NCBI RefSeq assembly: GCF_036321535.1
Contig: NC_087436.1
Span: 4,340,001 to 4,404,000 of the forward strand
DNA from: Camelus dromedarius
Taxonomy: Eukaryota
Reading direction: 5' to 3'
DNA: 64,000 bases
The position numbers were made by a program, and so were the translations under genes. Positions 31,935-43,340 of this stretch are shown in pieces; position 1 is the first letter of the stretch; every line of letters starts with the position of its first letter. Below the pieces are notes generated by a model, which saw only the letters and a list, made by a program, of their open reading frames with translations, was not told the DNA's origin and did no database searches.

Positions 31935-34135
31935 ACTTTCATTCAACATCTGAACTATAGAAAACTGAAATTTAAGTCTGGTGCATACCAGAAGGGAATG
32001 ATGAAAATAAAACCAATAAAATTACTGAAAAGCAAAGCTTATACTTTTTATCTCATGCATAGTAATTGAACCAGATGAGTAATATAGAGAAATTATGAAT
32101 TTTTGCCCTGTGTAGATACTGGCAGGCATATGCAGAATAGATAAACAACATTATACTGTATAGTACAGGGAAATATATATAAGATCTTGTGGTAGCTCAC
32201 AGCAAAAAAAAAAAAAAAGTGACAATATATGTATGTTCATGTATAACTGAAAAATTGTGCTCTACACTAGAATTTGACACAACATTGTAAAATGTCTATA
32301 ACTCAATAAAAATAATTTTAAATAATCCCTGAATCCAGATGAGCATCTTACGAACAGTTTATGAAAACACATGCAACTATATCGCAAAATATTTAGAAGA
32401 CTCATGAGTAAACGTGACCTTCCTCACAGGCCAGCTGACACATGGTTGCCCAGAAATGGATTGGAGTTCAACTTAAACATTACTTAAAAACATAGCTTTT
32501 CCGAGTCTGCACCTCTTGGGGAATGAGGGAAATGTTAGCTGCTATCTTGACTGTGGTGATGGTATCATGGGTGTAGACATCTATCAAAATTCAGCAAGTT
32601 GTACATCTGGAATATGTGTAGTTCGCTGTACAAGAATCATACCATAATAAGGTGTTAAAAAAAATAGAGAGCAGGAAAAAAGCATAACTTTTAATGTAAT
32701 TTTAAGTGTTATTTTTTAAAGTTACAGCTTTTTGGATACATTATACACTCTCCCTAGAGCATAAGCCTCAAATTCACCATTGTTGGCTTAATAGCAGCCA
32801 TCAATTAAGAAAGTGTTCAAGGTCAGGAACACAGACATCAATGCCAATAGCCAATAAACCATCTCCTATTTTAATACTCTGCTTATCTATGTATTTATAG
32901 AAATAATACTGTTCATATGCATCACAAGCAATATTTCTCCTTGCGTGAGCCTACATCACAACAGATAACCTACTGATAGTTAACAGGAAAATAAACCTAA
33001 ACTAGTACCTAATTATTTATGAAAGCAATTGTTAACCCCAGACAAGTGAGCAGTTAATGAAAGATTTTAATATGTAAAAGGAAATCAGCAATCACAAACC
33101 TTCACGTTAAAAAAAAAAAACAAAAAACCAGAAAGAATGAAAAAGAGAAATGCTCTCCAGCATTTCTAGTATTAAAGGCACTGTGTGCCCAGGGACATCA
33201 GCTCAGTGGTGATGGTACCCTGACTGTGGGGATGTTCCATAGTCATTTGGCTCTAAATAAGGACTTGTATGATGGCCACACGAGGGTCTTTCTGTCTCTT
33301 TTAATCAGTGAAATTGACTTTCATGTGATGAGGTGGGGATCATAGAAGATGTGAAGAACCTACAGGGCTTAAATGAATCCATAGAGAGAGTAAACAATAA
33401 CTGAAATTTAAGAGATAATATAAATTTTAACTGATTAACATATTTTTTGTTGGTGTGACAATGGAGAATAAAACAACCACTGAGGGATTGAAATTTAGAC
33501 CAAGTGTTCAGAATAGTTTATTGCATATTGATATGAAATACTGATCAGTGGAGCAGGTTACTGTAAGGACATTAGGTCCTATCAACTCTAGGGTTTAAGA
33601 CATTGGATCAGTACATCCAGTACATTGCAGGCATGTAACTGTGATGAGTGGTTTGTTCAAGGCTTAAACTTCTGTGTCATCTAAATTCATTATGGAGTAA
33701 TTCTGGTCAGTTTCTATCCATTACACATTTCTCCCAATATATAAATACAAGAGAAGTAAGGTCTACATTACAAAATGACTTCCAACCAATGATATCATTG
33801 CAATCCAATTAATTTCTACATACTCTACTGCACGGCAGTTTTTTGGTTGGTTGGTTGTTTAGTGTGGCAGGAACTGATAATTGAGTAAAATTTAAAGCTT
33901 TATCCACAGAATTTCAAGTCCTCTTCTTACAAAAATGATAACCAGCAGAATTCTTTCACAGATGATTCCAATTTTACTGAACATAGCATTCCTCAGATTA
34001 ATTGATTGCAACGTCCAAGACTATATACAAATTCAAAAATGGTGAAACAGTGTCAGTCCCTGTGGGTGATTACAAGCCATTGCTGATGCAGTCAAATCAT
34101 TTATTAATGGACCACTAAGGTCATTAATCTTATCA
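31935..34135 (+). pseudogene. MT-RNR2: NUMT 16S rRNA copy 2 (with insertions ~32110-32325 and 32501-32680), tRNA-Leu (~33857-33932), ND1 5' part
   Basis: Colinear with 28345-30110, e.g. caccattgttggcttaa, aatcagtgaaattgact, gccattgctgatgcagtcaaa. Confidence 0.88.
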
Positions 34136-36895
34136 TTCTACCCAACATTATAAGAATTGATACCAAGACTTCTCAAACTCTTCCAAAGATAGAAGAGAAG
34201 CAAACACTCCCAAACCCATTCTATGAAGCCAGCATCACCCTGATACTGAAATAAGACAAAGACCCTACAAAAAAAGAAAATTATAGGCCATATCTTTGAT
34301 GAATATTGCTCCAAACTTTCTCAGCAAAAAATTAGCAAACTGAAGCCAACAAAATGAAAAGCAGATCTTGCATGATGATCAAGTTGTATTCATCACAAGG
34401 ATGGTACAAAATATGCAAGTCAATCAAAGTGATAAACCACATCAACAAAAGAAAGGGCAAAAATTACATGATCATCTCAATAGACGCAAAAGAAGCATTT
34501 GATAAAATTCAACATCTTTTCATAACAAAAACTTACCAAAGTTATCTCAACATAATAAAAACTATTTAGGACAAACACAAGGCCAATGTAAAACTCAGTG
34601 GTGAAAAGTTGAAAGCCTTCCTGCTAAAATCTAGAACAAGACTAGGATGTCCGCTATCATCACTTCTATTCAACACAGGGTTAGCAATCCTAGGCATACA
34701 ATCACATAAGGAAAAGAAATAAAAGGGATCCTAATGGGAAGCAAAGAAGTAAAACTGTCACTAGATTCAGATGACAAGATACTACATATAGAAAACCTTA
34801 AGTCCACACAAAAACTGCTAGAGCTGTTGCACAGATTCAGTGAAGTAGCAGGATACAATATTAACACAGAAATCTGTTGCATTTTTTACACTAAAAGTGA
34901 AATTTCAAAAAAGGACCCTTAGAAAACAATTCCTTTTAAAATTGCATCAACAAAATAAAATACTTAGAACTAACCCTGGCCAAGGAAGTGAAAGACTTAT
35001 AAGCTGAGAACCATAAAACATTAATAAAGGAAATTAAGGAAGATTTAAAGAAATGAAAAGACATCTGATGCTCTTGGAAGAATTAATATTGTTAAAATGG
35101 CCATACTGCCCATAGCAATCTACAGATTTAATGCAATTCCTATCAAATTGCACAGGACATTTTTCACAGAAGTAGAATAAATACTAAATAAATACTAAAA
35201 TTTATATGAAATCACAGAAGACCCTGAATTTCCAAATACTGAAGAAAAAGGACAAAACTGTAGGCATAATCCTCTTAGACTTCAGACATTACTACAAAGA
35301 TACAGAAATAAAAATAGTGTGGTACTGGTACAAAAACTGACATTTGGATCAATGGAACAGAACAGAGAGCCCAGAGATAAACCCAGACACCTACTATCCA
35401 ATAATCTTCAACAAAGGAGTCAAAAATATACCATGGAGTAAGAACAGTCTCTTTAGCAAGTGGTGCTGGGAAAGGTGGACAGCTGAACGGAAATCAATGA
35501 AGTTAGAACACTCCCTTATACCATACACAAAAATAAACTCAAAGCAGTTTAAAGGCTTAAACATGTACAGCACACCATAAATCTCTTAGGAGAGAACATA
35601 GGCAATACATTCTCTGACATAAATTGTAGCAATTTTCTCCTAGGTTAGTCTACTGAGGCAATGGAAATAAAAGCAAAATAAACAAATGACACTTTATTAA
35701 ACATATAAGGTTTTTTTGCACAAAACCATAAATGAAATGAAAAGACAACCTAAGAAATACGTTTTGACTGACAAGGACATAATTAGTAAATAATGCGTCT
35801 GATAAGGGCTTAATTTCCAAACTATAAAAACAGCCCACAGAACTCAGTAACAAATGATGCAACTGACAAGGGTTTAATTTCCAAGAATTTACAAAGAGCT
35901 CATACAACTAGCAACAGAAGGAAAAAAGCCATCCAGTCAAAAAATAAGCAGAGGACTTAAAGAGACATTTCTCCAAAGAAAACATACAGGTGGCCAATAG
36001 GCTCATAAAAAGATGCTCAATATCTCTAATTATTAGAGGAAAAAAAAAAAGAAAACTACAGTGAGGTCTGATCTGTTGTTGGTCAGGATGGTTATCATTA
36101 AAATGTCCACAAATGATAAGTGCTGGAGAGGGTATGGAGAAAAGGGCAAACTCCTACACTACTGGTGGGAACGTTATTTTGGTGCAGCCACTATAAAAAA
36201 CAGTATGAAGATTCCTTAAAAAAAATTAAAGTGAGACTTAAAATATGATTCAGCCATCCCACTCCTGAGCATGTATCTGGAGGAAACTCTAATTCAAAAA
36301 GACACCTGCACCCCAATATTCACAGCAGCACTATTTACAAAAGCCAAGACATGAAAGTAACCTAAATGTCCATGGTCAGATTATGAGATGAAGTTTTTTT
36401 AGATAGACAGGCAGACAGACAGAAAGATAACAGAATACAACTCAAATGTAAAACAGAATAAAATAATGCCATTTGCAGCAACATGGATGGACTTAGAGAT
36501 TATCACACCAAGTGAAGTAAGACAGAGGAAAAAAATATTGTATGATATCACTTATATGAGGGATCTAAAAAACGTGGCACAAATTAATTTACTTACAAAG
36601 CAGAAACAGGGTCAGACAGACATAGAAAACAAATAAATGGTTCCCGGAGTGGGGGGACTAGGAAGGGAGGGATCAATTGGGAGTTCAAGATTTCCAGATA
36701 CTAACTACTATATCTACAAGAGATAAACAACAAGGTCCTACTGCACAGCACAGGGAACTATGTACAGTATCATGTAATAACCTGTAATGGTAATGAATAT
36801 GGTGAATAATATATGTGTATATCTGAATCAGTATGCTGTACACCAGAAACTAACAAAACGTGGTGAACCAACTATATAATTCAATATGAAAAAGA
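34136..36895 (+). mobile_element. 5'-truncated L1 (~2.8 kb; ORF2 RT and C-terminal region, 3' UTR, A-rich end), disrupted
   Basis: ORF pieces [30 protein letters not shown] (FADD motif decayed) and [13 protein letters not shown]. Cetartiodactyl-type 3' UTR. Confidence 0.95.
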
Positions 36896-37879
36896 GAGGA
36901 TTGGAAGGAGGAGTCAGGTTATTACTGGCTGTCTTTCAAGTCTACCTGGGGCTTAAAGAGTAAACAGAGTTTTTTTCTCTTTTCCTTATTCCCCTACTCT
37001 CCTGATGAGAAAACTTTCCTACCTGACACCCATCAACCCTAATTCCACCTTGGAATGAGCCAGTTCCTCAGTGGAAGAAGTGAAACAGACCAAAAGGGGC
37101 CAGACTTCAGGAAGGAAGCATGCTAGGAGCAAGCAGTGGCATGCAGCATGAGCAAACTGTATTCTGCCATCCTCAGCCTCTGTGTCCTTTGCTACAAGCC
37201 AGACACTTGCTGTGGGAAGCATCCTTCAAAATTCGCTGCTTCATCCCAGGTCTCACCTTCCCCAACAATACTGCCCTTTGAAAGAAACAGGAGGCCACAG
37301 CATTGGGGCACCTTTAGCACCTTTCTATTTGCTGCAGGAGAACCAGGGAAAAGGGCATGAGAGCTAGGACATCACTGTGCTTCTTAGACATGTTCATCTC
37401 TTTGCTGAGCTCTAAGCACCCTTAGAGACTAAGGACTGTACTACACACGTGTATTTACAGAGCCCAATGTCAGACCTAGGCTGGAGCAGGCGTGCAGTGC
37501 ATGATGAAAGGCTTGGTTTTTTCACTGATCTAAAGTAAGAGAGGAGCAGAAGGAACATGCGTCTGAGTTAACAGCCCTGGTTCTACCACAAATGGGTCCA
37601 TTGCTCCAGCGCTAGTTACTTCCTTTTTCTCAACCCTGGGTCGCTCATCTGCAAAATGAGAAGACTCAAGTAGATAGTGTGGAAAGACCCTTCCGTCCCT
37701 GGACATCTTACATCCTATGGGCTCCTCTAAGCTGCATCCCACCGATTTGGTCCTTGATTATGGGCCATTTGAAGGTTCCTCAATGACAGCATTTTAGATT
37801 TAGAAGTTGTTTTAATAGTATCAATTGCTCATATCGTATCAGGTGCTTCCTAGACAAGGATTCAAGCTCTTCCCAGGTG

Positions 37880-38070
37880 TTCATTCACGTCAGATTCTAA
37901 GCAACCCTGTGCACTTTGCACTATTACCCTTACCTTGCAGTTCAGGAAACTGAAGCAGAGAGGTGAAGTTACTTGCCCAAGGTCGCATGACCGGGGACTG
38001 GCAGCAGCCAGACCCAAACCCAGGCACTCTGGCCCCGAGCCTGGGCGCTAAACCACCATGCTATGCTGCC
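37880..38070 (-). mobile_element. MIR
   Basis: aggaaactgaagcagagaggtgaagttacttgcccaaggtcgca core. Confidence 0.85.
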
Positions 38071-38203
38071 TCCCTAGTCTACGACTGTGAAGGGTTATTA
38101 AGTCCACATACTTGTCGACAGCCCTCCCCTATCAGGAGTCCTGCATAAAGTGGGCAGATCCCTGAGGAGCTGACAGGGGAAGTGCCAGTGTTTAAGAAGG
38201 AGA

Positions 38204-38520
38204 TGTCCTGCTGAAACACCCGTGTGTTCCGCCCCCACTCTAGATTCCTACGTCCTAACTCCCAGTGTCTCAGCATGTGACCGCATCTGGATCCAGGGGC
38301 ATTGCCGATGTCATTAGCTGAGTTATAATTAGGTCATACCAGAGTGGAATGAGCCCCTAATCCAAAAAGGCTTCTGATATTATTTTTAAAAAACAGAGAC
38401 AGATGCACACAAGAACACCCTGGGAAGGTAAAGATGGAGATCAGATTGTGGCTTCTTCAAGCCAAGAAACCACAGAGATTGCCTGCAAATCACCAGAAGC
38501 CAGGAAAGAGGCATGAATCT
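38204..38520 (+). mobile_element. MLT1 LTR, 5' part
   Basis: cctaactcccagtgtctcagcatgtgacc...caagccaagaaaccacagagattgcctgcaaatcaccagaagccagg. Confidence 0.8.
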
Positions 38521-38524
38521 ACCT

Positions 38525-38788
38525 GTGCACACCTCATCCATGGATTCAACTCACTGCAGGTCAAAAATATTGGAAAAGAAATTCCAGAAATGTCCAAAAA
38601 GTGCATAACATTTACATTGTATTAAGTATTCTAAGTAACCTGTGGGTGATTTAAAGTATATGGGAGGGTGTGTGTAGCGTATGTGAAGGTACTATATGCC
38701 CTTTTATAGAAGGAACTTGACCATCCATGGATTTTGGTATCTGTGCAGTCCTGGAACCAGCCCCCGTGGGCACCGAGGGAAGACAGTA
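38525..38788. mobile_element. MER2 (Tigger-derived DNA element)
   Basis: atccatggattcaac...catttacattgtattaagtattctaagtaac...catccatggattttggtatc...gggcaccgagggaagacagta. Confidence 0.85.
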
Positions 38789-39314
38789 TGCGATAAAGAA
38801 CTGTTTTCCAAAATGTATCAAGAACCCTTAAAACTCTGCGATAAGGAAACAAACAGACTGATTAATAAAATGGGCCACAGCCCTGAAAACACATCTTACT
38901 AAAGAAGGAATTCAGCTGCAAAAGATGCTCAACGTCATATGTCATTAAGAAATCACGTGAAATGTCACTTGACACTATTTAGAATGTCCAAAGTCTAAGC
39001 CTGACATGCACCAAATGCTGATGACGATGTGGTGGTGAAAGGGCTTTCATTCGTTGCTGATGGGAATGCAAAATGGCACACACATGACAGTTGGAGATAG
39101 GTTGGCAGTTTCTTCCAAAAATGAAACGTTCCTGTGTAATACAATCCAGCAATGACGCTTCTTGGTACTCACACAAGGGAGACACCTTGGGGAGATGTGA
39201 AGATAGGGACCCGCGTCTCTGTCCCACAGGGAAGATGTTTCTCTTTCATCCCGGGCTGCAACCCCACACTCATTGAGTTACATTCACCCCACCCCCTGCA
39301 TTCTTGCCAACACC

Positions 39315-40175
39315 TTCACCCTGAACCTCCAAGGACTGAGGCCAAGTCTCTACCCAGGTCCCCACGTCCCCTCTAAACCTCCCAGAACTGCGGGGAGGCT
39401 GGGTCTCTACACAAATCCTTATATCCACTCTGAAGCCCTCAGAACCAAGGTCAGGCCAGGTCCCCACAGAAACCCCAGGACCGAGGCCAGAATGGGTCTT
39501 TACCCAGGGGTCCCTGGACCCCGTTTAGCTCCCCAGAGTGAGGCAAGGCTATTTCTCTACCCAGGTCTCGATATCCACCTTGAAGCACCCAGTATGGATG
39601 ACAGGTCTCTACCCAGCGTGACGGGTCCCCCCTGAAGCGCTCAGTACTGAGGTCAGGCTGAGTCTCTTCCCAGGTCCCTATGTCACCTGAAAGCTTCCAC
39701 TGAGGCTAGATGGTGTCTCTACACAGATCCCCACATCCCCCTTGAAGCTTCAAGGACTGAGGCCATGTTCTGTCCCTACCCAGGACCCCACACGCCAAAT
39801 GAAGCTCCCAGGACTGAGACAGGGAGGAGCCAATATCCAGGTCACCATGGACCCCTCAAGCTCCTAAAACTGAAGCCAGGCTGGGTCTCTACCCAGGTCC
39901 CAGTGTTCTCCTAGAAGCTCCAAGGACTGAGGTCAAATCAGGTCACTATCCACATCCTCAAGTGGCCCCTTAAACTCCCAGGACTGAGAAAAGGCAGGGT
40001 CTCCAACCAAGTCAGCAGGGACACCCTGATGCTCCCAAAACAAAGGCCAGACTGGGTATCTACCCAGTCTACACGGGTATCCTGAAACTCCCAGGACTGG
40101 GGGCAGGCCTTCATCCAAGTCTCCACGTGCCTCCCAAGTTCACAGACTGGCCTGGGTCTTCACTCAGGTCCCTGT
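39315..40175 (+). repeat. Degenerate 57-bp tandem repeat (~15 units); consensus translates as EAPRTEARLGLYPGPHVPP
   Basis: ggactgagg-type anchors recur near 39755, 39812, 39869, 39925, 39982, 40039 and 40095. Consensus GAAGCTCCCAGGACTGAGGCCAGGCTGGGTCTCTACCCAGGTCCCCACGTCCCCCCT. Confidence 0.88.
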
Positions 40176-40759
40176 GACCTAATGTTTGCAGAAAACAGTC
40201 AGGTCTAAATGTGCTCAGTGCACACAGAATATGGAGAAATCTAAATTTACCATGTAGACAGAATCTGGTCAGTTTAAACTAGCTGAGGGCCGCTATCCAA
40301 GGAGGCACAGGTCACACACATCTGCCCCTCAACTTGGGCGTGGAGAACTAGGGCTTAAACATTGCTTGGAGAATAAACCAGCATTGGGCTCTGCACTTTA
40401 CCTACATCAGGAAGCTGAACCAAATCTTTCTGTCATTAAACATTTCCACATGCAAGAAAAAAATATTACCAATTGCTCTGATCATGCGATGGTCAGGATC
40501 CAAGGGCAAGCCAGGAGTTTGTCGCAGTGCAGCCCAGTCTCCTGCAAGGACAGGCAAGACATGGCCTGATTCCAGCATCCTGGGCTCCCAGCAGGAGGCG
40601 GCCACACTGGATTCCTGGGCAGGACAGGCCTGCAGGGCAGAAGCAGTGAAAGGCTGTCGGGCCATCCGGTCAGCTGATCCTGGGTGGATCCCAGCTCTGC
40701 ACAGGGGCCTCTCCCCCCTGCCCACTCCACTGCAATAGCTCCTGAATAAAATCTGCCAG

Positions 40760-40898
40760 GGAGGGAGGCTGCAGGAGAAACCAACCCTGCTGACACCTTG
40801 AACTCAGACCTCCAGGCCCCAGATTCCTTGAGACAATAGATGTCTGCTGTTTATCCACCAGTTTGTGGCGTTTGCTATGCAGCCCCAGGAAACCAACA
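40760..40898 (+). mobile_element. MLT1 LTR, 3' part
   Basis: aaccaaccctgctgacaccttgaactcagacctccagg...ccaccagtttgtggcgtttgctatgcagccccaggaaaccaaca. Confidence 0.85.
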
Positions 40899-41243
40899 GA
40901 AGCCATCCTCTCTGAAGAAGTGATGAAGAGCTGGGTTTGCATCTGAGCTCCACCACCTATGAGCCACCCTTGGACCAGTAACCCCCATGTCCGTGCCTTG
41001 GTTTCCCACTTGGAAAATGGGATTGGTAACAGCACCCATCTCATAGGGTGATAGGGCAGATTCCCTGAGCTAAAGTGTGTGAGGTGGGCAGAACTGGGTC
41101 CCGTGGTAAGCATGCAGCATGCTGGCCATCACCCCAAAATTCTGGACCTTCTCCTCTGCAGGGAAAGAGTTATGTCTAGTCTGGGGGAGCCCACCCACTG
41201 GCACCATCTCCAGCTGTTAGCAAGTCTTTGTATACAGCTGAAC

Positions 41244-41753
41244 GGGGGATCAAAATTTGCCACCCTAAATGTACCACTTTGGCATAAGGGTCACTTTGAG
41301 CTGAAGGGGACTGAGAAGCAGCAGAAAGCAAGCCGCTCCCTGCCCCCACCACCGGCTCCCTCTGTGAGGACGCCTCCCCCTCCCGCACAAGGAAGGGGAG
41401 AAGGGGCCTTACCGTCTGAGCCCTCACCGATGGCAGCCTGCCTGCAAACCCAGCCTCGCTGAGCAGGCTTTGTCTCCCCTTGTTTCCCCCCATGTTTTCA
41501 CATTCCCACAACTGACTGTCCCTGGAAGCTGAAACCTGTTTTCTTTTCTCTTGTCACTTCTCCAGAAACGTAACCCCTTTTGCTAAAATGGCATGTGAGC
41601 CCTTAAGTCTGTTTTCTGGGTCTCCAGTTGTGCGAAGGGCTCTGTGCACAGATGTGATAAACCTTGTGCTCCTGTTTATCTGTCATTTGTCACTTTAATT
41701 TGCTGATCCGTGGTATAGACCCAAAGAGGGCAGAGGAAAAGTCCCTCCCCCCA
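41244..41753 (+). mobile_element. Solo ERV1 LTR, MER34-like
   Basis: Starts tgaacgggggatcaaaatttgccaccctaaatgtaccactttggcataagggtcactttgagctgaagg; ends gagggcagaggaaaagtccctcccccca. Confidence 0.75.
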
Positions 41754-42556
41754 CCCCGGGGCATCAAGTACCCCAACAGTCAGCACCACCTGGCTCTTGT
41801 TCTTTCCCCGTGACAAGCACTCACCCTGAGTGTAATGCTTTGGTGAACCCTGGGAGCCTCCCAGAAAACAGAACCTGGGGTGGTCTGGGGCTTCCCAATC
41901 CTGCAGTCAAGGTCGGGGCGGGATCGGCCCCAAGGAAGGCCTTATGGTCTACCAGGGCAAGTGCAGGAGGCCTCAGTTTGTGGTTTAGCTCAGTCCAGGC
42001 CCCCCTTGCATACATGGCATCCTAGCTGTGAGGGGAAGGGAGGGGCTGGCTCCCCCTCCTCCTCAGATCAGTCTATGGCCTTTGTGAAATGCCCCGGGGT
42101 CCACGGTGCTAAAGGTGCCCCAACGCTGTGGCCTCCTGAGACTCCGGGACACACAGGGCATGCAGGGTGGCCACGCTGGGCTCTGACACGGGGTGAAAAC
42201 CCATTCTCAGGGCAAGTCTGTCAGGTGAGAAATGTCAGTCTGTTCTCAGAAACAATAATTAGTACATACATGTAAACTTAAAAACAGTGCAGTGTACTGT
42301 GTATATGTCTCTGCATGCAGTAGAATGTGTCTGTGCCGTCTGACTGTAGTAATTCTACCTAATAAAACTGAAAAAGGAGAAAAAAATACATTACATCTAC
42401 AAGTTAATCTGGAAATAACTACCAGCTTTATCATATTCAATCTTTCCATCCAGAAGCAAAATAAATCTTTACATTTTCCTAATGTTCTAGTAAAAATGTA
42501 TTATTATTACTGATTAAATCTTTTCCTTCTTTAAAAATATACCAACCAACCAACAA

Positions 42557-42650
42557 AAATATAACTGAAAAATTGTGCTCTACACTGGAAGTTGACACAA
42601 CATTGTAAAATGCCTATAACTCAATAAAAAATGTTAAAAAAAAAAAAAAA
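42557..42650 (+). mobile_element. Young L1 extreme 3' end with poly(A)
   Basis: tataactgaaaaattgtgctctacactggaagttgacacaacattgtaaaatgcctataactcaataaaaaatgttaaaaaaaa. Same type occurs at ~32110-32325 and 60291-60385. Confidence 0.85.
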
Positions 42651-43288
42651 GCCTTTGAATAAAAACAAACAAACAAAAGACATACCATCCAAAGGCTGTT
42701 GTGGGGCTCAGGGCTGCCACTGAGTGGGCAGGACAGTTGCAGAGTCATCAGAAGAGAATGTGTCCCTGCGGCAGCTCCCCAGAGGAGCCCTGCTGCAGGC
42801 AGAGGTGGCCCCCGCACTTGGGGCCCTCATACCTTGAAACCACCATCCTGGGCCTTTGTGGGACAGACACTTGGGCACCTTTGGTACTTCCCTCCACCTG
42901 CTGCAGTTAGGGCCTGCCCTGTCTTCTTCATGGCCAAGTTCTCACCCCTCCCCACAGGCCTCCTGGGGGCTAATGGCATGGGGGTGTCCATGGCAGGAGT
43001 GGGAGTCCATGACTGGATGGGGGTGTCCACGGCACGCCTGGAGGTTCCATGGTGGGCTGGAAGCCACGCGGCAGGCAGGAAAGCTGCCAAGACCTTGCCC
43101 GTTTACACGTGTCACGATCACGGTACGGCACCCAGTGCACCAGGCTATCACTGTGGTAGGAGGTGCCGTGGTCCAGGGGCCAGGCGGGCCTGTTGGGGAT
43201 GCCCAGCCCAGGCAGGTGTCTCACTTCTGTGCAGCCAGCATAATGTCCAGGGATCCCCGGCCATGCTCCTAAACTCCCGGGGAGAAGG

Positions 43289-43340
43289 CCTCAGCAAGGG
43301 TCCCTCAGCAAGGGTCCCTCAGCAAGGGTCCCTCAGCAAG
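43289..43340. repeat. 14-bp minisatellite (cctcagcaagggtc) x ~3.7
   Basis: Read directly; the units are perfect. Confidence 0.95.

Larger units (their letters stand above)
25991..34135 (+). pseudogene. Ancient NUMT, tandemly duplicated (parts of three head-to-tail units spanning control region 3' half to ND2 5' part)
   Basis: Order seen: ND1 3' - tRNA I/Q/M - ND2 5' // D-loop - F - 12S 5' - [L1] - 16S - L - ND1 - I/Q/M - ND2 5' // D-loop - [L1] - 16S - L - ND1 5'. All parts are heavily diverged with indels. Confidence 0.93.

Noticed and set aside
25991..34135. Functional rRNA/tRNA genes or true mtDNA contamination
   Set aside because: The sequences are heavily diverged, tRNA stems and anticodon arms are damaged, gene order is rearranged, and nuclear L1s interrupt them.
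34354..35580. Active reverse transcriptase
   Set aside because: This is a 5'-truncated L1 ORF2 broken by stops and frameshifts, with the FADD motif altered.
39315..40175. CRISPR-like array
   Set aside because: Mammalian DNA; the whole unit repeats degenerately with no unique spacers and no cas genes.
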